17,570 nucleotides of DNA, taken from NCBI GenBank assembly GCA_024626585.2, contig JANKJI020000001.1, positions 11,904,769-11,922,338 on the forward strand, read 5' to 3'. The stretch comes from Ginkgo biloba. Taxonomy: Eukaryota; Plantae; Ginkgophyta. This document shows positions 1 through 10,866 of this stretch, one piece after another. The notes beneath the pieces were generated by a model. That model worked only from the letters and a program-made list of their open reading frames with translations, was not told the DNA's origin and did no database searches. Made by a program: the position numbers and the translations under genes. Positions within the stretch are counted from its first letter, which is position 1. Each line of letters starts with the position of its first letter.

Positions 1-1336
1 TTATAATATAGACATAGATAATATAGATACATACAAGGTGATAGTTCTTCATATTAATTAGGAGGTGGTTGGTCGAACTTGCTTACTTTTTTAGCATATG
101 GTATATAGATTTTTGTTTCCATGTGTGTTTAAAACCTAAAACTTTATAATTTCAATATTCTGTCCACATACTATAAACATCGGAAAAACTTTGGATGGTT
201 TTTCCAGTTTGACAGATTCAGGCAGCTTATACAGCTTATACGGTCAATAAGTATCCAGATGCATACTGGATGGTTTCCTCACACTGTAACACCACCCATG
301 CTCCTTTGGATATGCTAAAAATTGGGTACATAAACATGCTCATCAGCAACTATTGTTCAAGGAGAAACTGCTTTTTACGTAAAAAGAAGTCCCAACATCA
401 TGGATTGATAATAGTGAATAAACACAAGATTTTATTTTGTTGCTTACTCTACAGGTTTGTGAAATCAGCATCCATTACTAATCATTAAAGCACCTTAACC
501 CGTTTCCAAAACTACAAGGGTGAAACAACTTCCCAAATTAAACAACAGAAATCCAAACCTAATGCTCATGCTTTGAAAGAAACAAATCCACCCTACGAGA
601 ATTTTCCAAAAATTCTGCCTTTATGAGATTCTTCCACTCCCAGATTCTGGATAAATTGGCCTCAACAATTAAATTCCAATGCAACCAACTGGTTTTCATG
701 GGATGTTATGCCAAGTCACCTGATTTGGGTTTAAATTCAAGTTTGGCAATCTGATCCAACCAAAAAATTTGAAAAAGTTCACCAAAAGCTTGAAAAAATT
801 CACTTTAAAGTTCTTCAAATACATAAATATTTTTCTTATATAACAGTCATATTTCTAAATAAATCTAAGAAATATTGATCATAAAAAAATAACATAGAAC
901 TGATCAATACCTTTGTAATACTTTGGGATTATTTGATTTGCATTACAAATCAAGCATATTTGTAGACTCAATTCGCAAGGATATACAGAATGGGTTTGTC
1001 CCAAAGCAATCAGATGCTGCCTACACGAGGGCATGGGTTCTATTCTCACTAATTAGCTCACCTACATAATCCAATTCCAGGGGATTGGATATACACCACA
1101 GGGAAACCAAGGCACTTTCCGGCATTAAGCTAATATCATACTTTTGGGGCTAATTTATTTTTTTTTACCCCTAATCTGCAAATAAGCTCCTCCCATTGGG
1201 TATATGGTTTGATCCCAAGGATGACAAAAATTAGTGAGGACTAATCACATTGGAATAATTTTCATTAAACTTTAACTTATTAACTAGCTCAATATATCTG
1301 TGTATATGATTTTTAATAAAAAATTAAAAAACTTAC

Positions 1337-1418
1337 AAATTCATAAGTCTGGTTGACGTGGTTGATTCTGTAAAATTCTTCCACAGATGATCTGCGTTCG
1401 CTTTCCTTGTTGTAATCT
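1337..1418 (-). CDS. MIOX: MIOX copy A coding exon 3
   Basis: aacag acceptor, (R)DYNKESERRSSVEEFYRINHVNQTYEF, phase-0 gtaagt donor. Confidence 0.93.
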
Positions 1419-1849
1419 CTGTTTACATACTCACAGGTTATAAGAGTTCTCAGGGAAGACATGCAGAGCATGCATATATCGATATAATATGACAAACAAA
1501 AATAAGTAAAATATGGAACCTGAAACCATGGCCAAAAGCATTAGTCTCTGGGACTGAAAAACCGCCATCTAACACCAGTGTTGTTTCAGACTCAAGATTG
1601 CGCTCCTCACCAGCTGCAAAGAAAATTACAACATTCTAATTAGCTTAAAAACTCCTCTGAATCTACGATTTTTCTAAGCCGTCTTTCCATGAGATCAAAC
1701 ATATAGCCCCGTTAAATTCATACTTGGGCTCCTTTAAATCAAATAAATAGCAATCTAGTACTGATTTGTTAGATCTGCAATCCTCATGGCAGAGAAAACT
1801 TACAAGTTTGGACATCATCAGAGTTCTGTCCATAGATGATGACCGTCAT
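1337..1849 (-). CDS. MIOX: Myo-inositol oxygenase copy A, coding exons 1-3 (continues beyond the left edge of the window)
   Basis: Spliced by hand: 1849-1804 (46 nt), 1613-1520 (94 nt), 1418-1337 (82 nt), all GT-AG with compatible phases. Translation: MTVIIYGQNSDDVQTS GEERNLESETTLVLDGGFSVPETNAFGHGFR DYNKESERRSSVEEFYRINHVNQTYEF, matching the plant MIOX N-terminus (LVLDGGF.VP..N.FG..FRDY...ER...VEEFYR.NH.NQT). I found no exon 4 in 1-1336. Confidence 0.93.
1520..1613 (-). CDS. MIOX: MIOX copy A coding exon 2
   Basis: tttgcag acceptor, GEERNLESETTLVLDGGFSVPETNAFGHGF, then AG|gt phase-2 donor. Confidence 0.92.
1804..1849 (-). CDS. MIOX: MIOX copy A coding exon 1
   Basis: ATG at 1849 (ggaaaATGACG), MTVIIYGQNSDDVQT, then a phase-1 gtaagt donor that fits exon 2. 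Confidence 0.8.
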
Positions 1850-1895
1850 TTTCCTAGGCCGGATTTAAAATTAGAAATGCCGCTTCTACAATGAG

Positions 1896-2032
1896 CTGCA
1901 ACACCAAAAAAATCCTTAAACCAACCCACCAACCATGAAATCCAATGTAAAAAAAAAATGAGAAACCAACAATAGAATTGCCCACATTCATATCAAGATC
2001 CTACAGAGTTGCACCATAAAAACAATGTTTAC
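1896..2032 (-). other. Probable 137-nt 5'UTR intron of MIOX copy A
   Basis: Minus strand reads cag|gtaaac, a U-rich body, then ttttttggtgttgcag|ctc, ending 46 nt upstream of the ATG. No transcript evidence is available. Confidence 0.45.
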
Positions 2033-2429
2033 CTGCACAGAGAATCAAAATAGCTTCAAGCAATGGATGGAATGCACTCTCCACAGATCAAACCAGAAGT
2101 CTTCTGGCATATAATAAAAAGAACTAAAGAAATAAAAACTTAAGGCAAAACGCAATGAACAAAAAGCATGTAACAAACGGATGTGGTGAAGAAAACCGTG
2201 AAGTGGGGGTCTGCTTTTATAGTCGAAATGTGTGCGAACCTCATCCCTACGAACTCTCCTACACTTGACATGCATTCGAGGAAGGAGGGTAGTTCCGAAC
2301 TTGCAGTCGTTGTCGCCAACTGTGAAGCTGAGTAGATAAGAACGGGTACGTTTGCTAAAAGTAGTGTTTGACAGAACAATATGTGAAAAATCTCTCCTCA
2401 TCCTGTCTAAACTTATCCACCTAGTGTGG

Positions 2430-3660
2430 TGTGGTTACTGGCCCTTCCTTCCAACAAGGAAAGAGTCTAATGTATAAAATTATGTCTTTTTTTCCTGATG
2501 CTCAAAGAGCATATCATCCTCCAAAGGATCNNNNNNNNNNNNNNNNNNNNNNNNNNNNNNNNNNNNNNNNNNNNNNNNNNNNNNNNNNNNNNNNNNNNNN
2601 NNNNNNNNNNNNNNNGCATCGGATGGAGTCCCATGTAAGGTGGCAAGTCCAAAACTAAGCCATTAGTCCCATGTTGATCAACAATGTTATAAGGCCCATA
2701 TTTGAGAGGTTTTATTTTCCTCTTCTTCTCCTTCAATTGCTCCTTTAGTAGATAAACCCATACTTTATTACCAACCTAAAAGTAATAATTCATCATGTTC
2801 TTGTGACTAGCCTCCTTATACTTCCATTGCACCTTCTGTAAGACATCATAAACCTACCTATGTAGTTAGTGAATATGCTCTATAAAATGCCTAACATGCT
2901 CATGTCCCTTCTGCTCATATGAAGAAGTGATATCCAATGACGAAGAAGACAAAAGTGAAAAATATAAATCAATAGGATACTTAGGGAGAAAATTCATATA
3001 AACCTCAAAAGGAGTGAATCTAATATAGCGATGCACTTCTCTATTTTTGCTATGTTTAATATAGGAAAAAGACTCATCCCAAGTCCTCAAATGACTTGAA
3101 TTNNNNNNNNNNNNNNNNNNNNNNNNNNNNNNNNNNNNNNNNNNNNNNNNNNNNNNNNNNNNNNNNNNNNNNNNNNNNNNNNNNNNNNNNNNNNNNNNNN
3201 NNAGGTGAGTAAAAAAATGACTCAATATCCTACCATATCTATTTGAAACTATAGAAGAAGGTAGACCAAAGTGCATCCAAACATGAGTGAAAAATAATTT
3301 GGCAAGTTGTGTTGCTGATATTATCCTCTGGCATGTAATCAATATAATCATTTTACTAAACCCTCCCACCACCATTAGGATGTAATCATGAACCTTATAT
3401 GTGGTTGAAAAACCACCTAGGAAATCCATTGAAATAGACTACCAAGACCTCTTTAGAACTAGTAATGGTCGATACTTCCTAAGCTTCCTATTGGAAGGCT
3501 TGGAAGTGCAACATAAAGAACATGCATGCATGTGTCTCTCCACATCCAACTATATACATGTCTAAAATAAGTACCTATATAAATGTGCATAGGTCTTATT
3601 GATCCCAAAGTGCCCTACTACTTTGAAATGGTGCGCCTCTCGAATGAGTTATGGTTTATA
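2430..3660 (-). mobile_element. Degenerate Ty3/gypsy LTR-retrotransposon integrase region
   Basis: Minus-strand translation LIREAHHFKVVGHFGINKTY...HACSLCCTSKPSNRKL...RSW*SISMDFLGG...FSKM...VWMHFGLPSSIVSNR (HHCC zinc finger plus rve core), then KIKPLKYGPYNIV...LDLPPYMGLHP (GPY/F motif). Several in-frame stops. Confidence 0.9.
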
Positions 3661-5051
3661 GTTTTCCCATGAAATGTAAAGAAATATCAGTTTATANNNN
3701 NNNNNNNNTTTATCCTTGTTTGTCATTCATATTTTTGGTGGTTTTGATGATCGTCAGTCATTGGTGGTGGAGTGGACACTAGTTGGATGTTACAACCATC
3801 ACTTTTGGTGGTCATAGTTAGTACTCATCCAACACTGCAACCTCTATAGGGAAGGAGAACACAAGAAGGATTTGTGTGGTTGTGACCTAATGAGGGATAA
3901 AATTTGAAGCAATGTCTACTCCATTTGGTTTATCATGATATNNNNNNNNNNNACCTTAGTAAAGAGCCTCAATTCTTTACCATCATGAGTTCATGCCCAC
4001 ATATGAAGTGGTTAACATGTTGTATGTTTAGAGTAATTAGAATTGATTGGCCACGTGCTTGTTTGGTAGGTTTGGCCATGGTTTAATTAGGCTATGATTG
4101 GTACATTTAAGTACCTATGTTATGCTTATATATTAAGTCTTCTCAAGTGAGGTGGGAACTTGACATGATATTTATAATTTTATTCTAACTAGATGTAAGA
4201 ATGCAAACATTAATTGTAAATATTAAAATAGAAGTTTCATACTTCACCTTTCTTTCCACTTGGTAATTGTACAAATCCAAAGGAAAATATATGGAATTCT
4301 AGTTAATGAGGCATATAATTATGGCTTATTGCCTCTTATTTTTGCTTGCCTTGCCTTTATGTTTCAGAATCTAAACGACCAATGCAAAGGTTGAATGCCA
4401 TAAAAAGGGCCTAGTCTTTGTGGTTTGGATAGACAAGATGGAGAATGAAGGTGGCCAACTTAATTGATGCCTTATGGTTAGAATTGTCTAAAACTTACTA
4501 TAGGGATTAAGGTGTGCAATATATGGGTTGTTAGAGCAAGATTAAAATGGTATTCATAAGGTGTGAATGTTATGGATGAAGACTTGTAAAATCTAAAATT
4601 GTTTACATATTTCAACAAAGTGAGAAAATGGCGTTGGGAGCTAAAGGTCCCTAAAATTTCCATTGGAGGGTCACTTAAAAATTTCTCATAATACTTCTAC
4701 GTAAGAACCAAAATAGAATACCATCTACATATAGAGGAAAACATTTATACAAATTCCCTTAGCAACTTTGTATACTAAAAAACATTATGTATAAATGCTC
4801 GTGGTGAGTTGGTTTAGGTATAAATGTCAAAAATAATGTAGACATGACACCCCCTTTTATGCTCTCACGTGTCTTGATATATATTTTGTAGTGACCACCT
4901 CCCTTGAGGGTGGGGATTTCTTAGAAGACTAAGAAGTAGAGGGATTTTGTTTTGTGGGGAGCTTGAAGGTCCACTTAGATTTCATCCACCAATGTAGCTT
5001 ACTCTAGACTACTAGAGCGAAACAAATGTGTTGGACGAGGAATCGATGTAA

Positions 5052-5304
5052 GTCGGTGGGAGCACACACCGACACTGACAAAGTTGGCCAGGGATCAAAC
5101 CAACACCAATAGAGCAACTCGACGATGATCGTCGGCAAAAGATGGAAGACACTAATATGCGTCAAATGACCGACTCATGTCGGCGGATGAACTCCACAAG
5201 GTTCACTAACATCCACAATGGCAGTTCACCGACACCGATTAAAGAACCATTGGATCTCACCGACATGGCTGTCGGTTGTAACTTCTGTGGCGGTTATCTA
5301 ACCG
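5052..5304. promoter_or_regulatory. Cluster of eight RCCGAC (DRE/CRT-type) motifs plus a CGGTTA-tc-TAACCG palindrome, probably LTR U3-derived
   Basis: ACCGAC on plus at 5068, 5169, 5228, 5259; GTCGGT/GTCGGC at 5052, 5131, 5179, 5271; palindrome at 5291-5304. The motifs are read directly; their function and LTR origin are inferred. Confidence 0.45.
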
Positions 5305-6079
5305 TTTGCACATTGTATTTATAGACATTATAAGACAAAAGGTAGCTAGCTAGTTGTAGCTATGGTTTTGTATGGAATGTAATCTGATGTNNNNNNNNNN
5401 NNNNNNNNNNNNNNNNNNNNNNNNNNNNNNNNNNNNNNNNNNNNNNNNNNNNNNNNNNNNNNNNNNNNNNNNNNNNNNNNNNNNNNNNNNCTTTAGTCAT
5501 TTTCCCATTCATTAAGAAACTTTAGATTAAATTTTTAATATATTCAGGTCATATTTTTAACTTCTTTATCCCATTTATCGAACACCTCTAGTCATTCATT
5601 GAATGTCTTCATTTTTTTTCTAATTATCCATAATGATAGGTAGTTGCTACTTTTAATGTAACTTTCAAACTATGGTTTCATTCTTGACATTCTTAGGCTC
5701 ATATTTATCTTATTACAAAGGATACAACTTTATTTTAGCAACTGAAGTATGAATGTATATGTATTTNNNNNNNNNNNNNNNNNNNNNNNNNNNNNNNNNT
5801 GAAAATGACAAAAAAATGAGTTTTGGATCTAAACAGATCAACTAAGCTTATATTTGATTCTTATGATCTAATACAGATCAAGGTTTTTTTCATAAGAAAA
5901 TTGAATAAAAAATATATTCCATATTCATTTTTTAGGAACATTTCTAATATTTTCCTATTGCATTTTTCTTAATCTTCCTATATGGTAATCCTTTTAGCCT
6001 TCTTCTTCAACAAACAATTTTCTTGGGATACCTATAGATTATATAAAATCCTCTTATTTCTTCTTCTCCTTTAGTACAA

Positions 6080-6840
6080 TCTTCTTTTATATTCGTGACT
6101 TGATCTTGAGTGCAAAGAAGTAAGCTTTATCTAAGGTGAGAATCTCACATAAATTGATCTCTTATTGAATTATGGTGTGTATTCTTCCCATGAAATTCAA
6201 TATCATTTTATCTTCATCTTCCTATATATTAATCTTGATTTTCATATTATGGGAAATCTTCTATATACTACTCCATAGTTTGGTTCTTCTCTTTCTTCAA
6301 TTACTGCCATTTTTTTATAGAACTCGCTCACGTATCTAAGTGGGTAGAACTTTTCCCTAAGAAACATTTTTATCTTCTCCTATATAATAAAGTATGGATT
6401 TATTAAGTAAATTATATAATACTTACGCCAATATAAGGAATATCTAGTTGTCCTCAACTTAGTAAAGTTGATTTTATGAAGATTAGTGAATCCTTGAGTA
6501 CCAAAATAATCCTCTAAATCTTAGATGTAATTGTCCAACGTTTCCACATATGTGGTCTTATAAAAAACCTTTACCTCTAATCTTATGTCCACCTTAATCA
6601 TTCCCTATCCCTATAAGAAACCATAAATTCGAATTGTGTTTAAGGGTGGAATTCATAACATTTGCATTATGACTTGCATCTACTAGATTTGTTAAAGAAG
6701 TAGTTGATTTTATTCTATTAGTGAATGGATATGCTATTACATCATTCCCTCCCTATGCGTAGTGGAAGTGGATAATGGAGATCCATGTGACTATTATAAT
6801 AAATTTGAATCCCCTAGGAGTGCAATTAGAATAGTTTAAA
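6080..6840 (-). mobile_element. Degenerate Ty3/gypsy gag fragment
   Basis: Minus translation IKVDIRLEVKVFYKTTYVETLDNYI*DLEDYFGTQGF...KINFTKLR...LREKFYPLRY...TLDKAYFFALKIKSR resembles retrotransposon gag. It contains stops and a frameshift. Strand and order are compatible with the integrase at 2430-3660. Confidence 0.75.
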
Positions 6841-7456
6841 GTTTCTCCTAGACTAAAAATATGCATATGCATCACAAGAGGACTCTTTTCATGGAAAATA
6901 AGTCTTACTTATGAAAAGATGAAGACGTTAGATATTTTTTGATAGAGATGTGATTAAACCTTAGATCATGTATATCTCAATGCATAGGTCAAATATGGAG
7001 AATTATTCATTGATTTATGTGTATAAGATTATCTCTTGGACATACAAGAGATATTTTATGATAAAATACCTCTTTATTTTTTTCACATTCTTATATAGAT
7101 TCTATTGCATTCTATTGGTTCTTCATTCTCTATTATGTGCCTTTTCATACTACGATGGCTGAAACCATGTATAGGAATACCAAGAAGTGATCATTGAATA
7201 TCATTTTCTTACACGCTTCTGCATAATTAATTACACCATAAAAATGAAATGATACATCAATTGGTATTAGAGAAGGTTCAATACCTAGATTTATTTTTAT
7301 TTACAATGTTAGTTTTCTTTATTTTACATGTATGTATTTGGTTAATGGTATGGACTGGGTGAGACTATATCAGAGTAGTCTTAGAACTATAAGATATAAC
7401 ATTAACTAGAGGTAGAAGAGACCCTTTTACCACTGTGGCATAAGGGGATACTATTA

Positions 7457-7990
7457 GGGAGGAGGATTATTTTACAAATCCTTTTTCTTTAGAGAAATTA
7501 GAGGAAAAAGTGGATATTTGAGTCTATTATCACTACACTCCTAGGGGATTCAAATTTATTATGATGGTTACATAGATATTCACCATCTACTTCCACTATA
7601 CATAGGGAGTAAATGATGTAGTAATAGATTTATGCATTGATAGAACATAATTAGATATATCTTTAGAAAAGCCAATAGATACAGGGCATAATACAATTTC
7701 CATCCATGTATTCACCTAGTCATAATGGAATAAGAGAAGACTACGAAGAAGGAGGATTTTACAAATCCCCTTTTTGCAGAGAGATCAACAATAAAAGTGG
7801 ATAGACTTGAGCCTATTCTCACTACACTCCTAGGGGATTCATATTTATTATAAAAGTTACATGGATCAGTACCATCTACTTCCTCTACACAAAGAGAGAA
7901 GATGATACAATAACATATTCATGTGTTGAATGAACAAAGTCAGTTACTTATTTAGAAAATCTAGCAGATATAAGTCATGATGCCAACATT
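7457..7990 (+). repeat. Diverged direct tandem duplication, period ~289 bp
   Basis: 7518-7697 versus 7807-7986: 135/180 identities ungapped (hand count), with shared core cactacactcctaggggattca. Confidence 0.85.
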
Positions 7991-8210
7991 ACAGTTGTCA
8001 CNNNNNNNNNNNNNNNNNNNNNNNNNNNCTAGCTTTTCTAGTTTATTATAGGGATTAAGAGTGACATAAAAATGGAGATAAAGGCTTTCGACAAGACCAT
8101 AGATGTAGAAAATTTGGATGATCAGATCTAAGATTTAGAAGCTTATTTTAGTACCCAATGATTCAAATATCTTTAGAAATAACTCAACTTCATGGTAAAG
8201 TTGAGTGTGT
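7457..8210 (+). mobile_element. Second degenerate gag fragment, inverted relative to 6460-6840, with an internal ~289-bp tandem duplication
   Basis: IKSDIKMEIKAFDKTIDVENLDDQI*DLEAYFSTQ at ~8054-8158 aligns with the minus gag. 7807-7986 versus the reverse complement of 6661-6840 gives 135/180 identities ungapped (hand count). Confidence 0.75.
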
Positions 8211-9319
8211 AGGCCACCAACAAATTTGAGAACCAACTTTTCTTTGGGCTCCNNNNNNNNNNNNNNNNNNNNNNNNNNNNNNNNNNNNNNNNNNNNNNNN
8301 NNNNNNNNNNNNNNNNNNNNNNNNNNNNNNNNNNNNNNNNNNNNNNNNNNNNTAGGAAAGGAGAAGAGAGATAATAGTCATTGAGGATACTAAGGTTGAT
8401 TCAAAAGAGATATTTATTGATTATCCATGGGGATATTTCAATCTCCTTTTCTCATAGAAGAGCATTATTCTTTACCATCTATCTTTCAATATTTTTATGA
8501 TTGCAATATTCTATTTTGTTATTCAAGGTTCTAGGACACATTTATGCCTATCATCCTTAACTTTAAGTTGCATGACCTCAAATGCTCTAGTGTCTTTATT
8601 ATTTTGAATGGGAATTTATTTTAATTTTTAACAGATCTATAAAAGAACTTAGCCTTATGTTTTAGTTCCTTATTGACCATATAACTTTATGGAATCTGTA
8701 GCACAAATTGGGGGTCTCTTAGATCAAAATCATGTAACAAGAGATTGCATGTAACTCTTGAGATAGCATTTGGGTAGAATAGGGTCAATCATGCAATAAA
8801 CACGCTTAACAGTGCTCTTTATATAATTATTTTTCCACAATTAATAAAATAAACCACCTAACCCTATTTATGTGAATATCTTTAATGATTCGAAGAGCTT
8901 TTGATGAGTCTTCTACGCTTGATTATTCTTTTACACACTGCATAAGGTATAATTCTAACTTCNNNNNNNNNNNNNNNNNNNNNNNNNNNNNNNNNNNNNN
9001 NNNNNNNNNNNNNNNNNNNNNNNNNNNNNNNNNNNNNNNNNNNAGTATCCTATAGTGAGAATTTATATGGTATGAACATTTCCATGGTATCCTAAAGTGA
9101 ATATTTCTACAATACCAGGTATTAGTGTAAATTTTTATATTTTTCTCTACAATTATGTATAGATCCTTCGCTAGAAAAAAATAATAAAATAAAAAAATCG
9201 AAGTGATTGCCATTCAGTTTTGTGATCCTTGGTTTGCTGAATCACTTGGTTTCTTAAAATCTTGGCCATTAGATCTTCTAAAGTGTCTTCCATCTATAAG
9301 ATCAATTTTTCTTTTGGAA

Positions 9320-9647
9320 CTGAGCCTAGCCACTATAAATAGGGCTCAGAGTGAGTCATTTAGGATAGAATCATTAGAGTCATGATGTCTGACTTTTTCT
9401 AAAGCTTATCTTCATATTCATTTCTATTATTCCATCAATTTGGTCCCCTTTTGCTTAATTAGACCTAGTTTATTCTCTATAGGTCTCTTTTAAGCATTTC
9501 TAGGTTTTATAGTATGTGAATTCCATACCATTGTAGACCTGANNNNNNNNNNNNNNNNNNNNNNNNNNATGCTAGTTGTCCAATTTGCCTCATCCATCCA
9601 CTATTTTATTGTAAGTTCACAATTGGATTCAAGCTTGGGGTATCACA
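9320..9647 (+). mobile_element. Possible 3' part of an LTR
   Basis: ctataaatagg TATA context near 9333 and an LTR-like terminus ttggggtatcaca ending at 9647. No partner LTR or target-site duplication seen. Confidence 0.25.
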
Positions 9648-9999
9648 AAGTGATTAGACCATTGGAGGCTACTCAACAAGGGATGGTGGCTCCATTCTTC
9701 CAGATTTATCTCTATTATAGTTTTGAGCATCTTTTCTTCTATTTCATGCTCATTGTTTTACTCAAAATATAACATAAACAAAGAGAAACTATAGCCTTTC
9801 TTTCTTCTTAATTAAAAAATGAAAGTGAAAATTAGGAAAAGGAATTAGGCTTTTCTACATTTTCTGTTGATTTTCTATTTAGATTACTGTTGAATCTTTN
9901 NNNNNNNNNNNNNNNNNNNNNNNNNNNNNNNNNNNNNNNNNNNNNNNNNNNNNNNNNNNNNNNNNNNNNNNNNNNNNNNNNNNNNNNNNNNNNNNNNNN

Positions 10000-10665
10000 T
10001 GATGAATTTCCTATTGCACTCTTATAGCTTTGTTGGAGTGCTAGTTGAATTCCATGTCTTGGTCTCTATTGAAATGATACCCCTCTCACATTATTGTTGC
10101 TTAGTATGAGAGCCTTCTTCTTAACTATTAGAATGTGGATCATGCATCGGTGACACCTTACATTCTTATCGAGCCTTCACAAATATAATCTTGGAAGACA
10201 TACCACCTCAAATTGCATTAGAACATTCTCTAATCTCCTTTATACCACCAACATNNNNNNNNNNNNNNNNNNNNNNNNNNNNNNNNNCTCAATAAAATTC
10301 TTTAATTCTTGGTCATCCTTACCAAGTCCTTAGCCACTGTAACCCATCTTATTTAGTATCTTACCACTGACCCCTTTAGTATGTATTTCAAAATTACCAA
10401 AGGCCTCATTTGAATAAAGAAAAATTGATGGGATGTCTACCTTGCTTGACTTTGTCATTATTTGGGCATCTTGTGTAGTGGTGGTCTTCCTAGGAATAGT
10501 ATACTCCTCTTTCTTATTAACCTATTCACACTCCTCTTGTAGCTTTTCCAATAATTTTTCTTTTTCATCCAAATCTTGGTATAGTTTCTTCAGAGGTTGA
10601 GCATTCTTATCCTTTAGATGCTTCAACCAGATTTTATTCCCCACAGTCAATAATAAATTGGGCAT
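10000..10665 (-). pseudogene. Degenerate G-patch-domain ORF, probably retroelement-derived
   Basis: The minus frame 10665-10288 reads MPNLLL...EKLLEKLQEECE*...AFGNFEIHTKGVSGKILNKMGYSG*GLGKDDQELKNFIE, a clear G-patch pattern (HT.G...K.L.KMGY.G.GLGK..Q....IE). It is intronless with in-frame stops. The extension to 10000 across the gap is weaker. Confidence 0.7.
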
Positions 10666-10784
10666 CGGTTATCGAAGCTCTTTTCCTCGTTAAATTATCT
10701 TGATGCATGGTGTGTAATTTCTCTGCCTGTCACTCTTGATTTATTTCCTTTTTAAACACTTCTAAACTGTGAGGATGACAACAG

Positions 10785-10866
10785 AGACTACAACAAGGAA
10801 AGCAAACTCAAATTATCTGTGGAAGAGTTCTACAGAGTCAACCACATCAACCAGACATATGAATTC
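10785..10866 (+). CDS. MIOX: MIOX copy B exon 3
   Basis: acag|A GAC TAC...GAA TTC|gtaagt; DYNKESKLKLSVEEFYRVNHINQTYEF; 71/82 nt identical to copy A exon 3. Confidence 0.88.

Noticed and set aside
2045-2401. 118-aa and 79-aa minus ORFs upstream of copy A
   Set aside because: They overlap the presumed promoter and leader and have no recognisable domain.
4046-4057. ATTGGCCACGTG as an ER-stress element
   Set aside because: It lacks the one-base spacer of ERSE-II (ATTGG-N-CCACG). Only the G-box is supported.
9682-9720. DGGSILPD peptide as a candidate plus-strand exon 2
   Set aside because: The flanks do not match LVLDGGF.VP..N.FG, a stop follows, and there are no fitting splice sites.
10614-10680. 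Faint resemblance to the end of MIOX exon 2 (ttagatg...ccc.cag...ttgg.cat.ggtt) at the position where B exon 2 is expected
   Set aside because: It needs several gaps, has no GT donor and no conserved peptide, and the same bases read as an open antisense frame continuous with the G-patch ORF. I cannot distinguish it from chance by eye.
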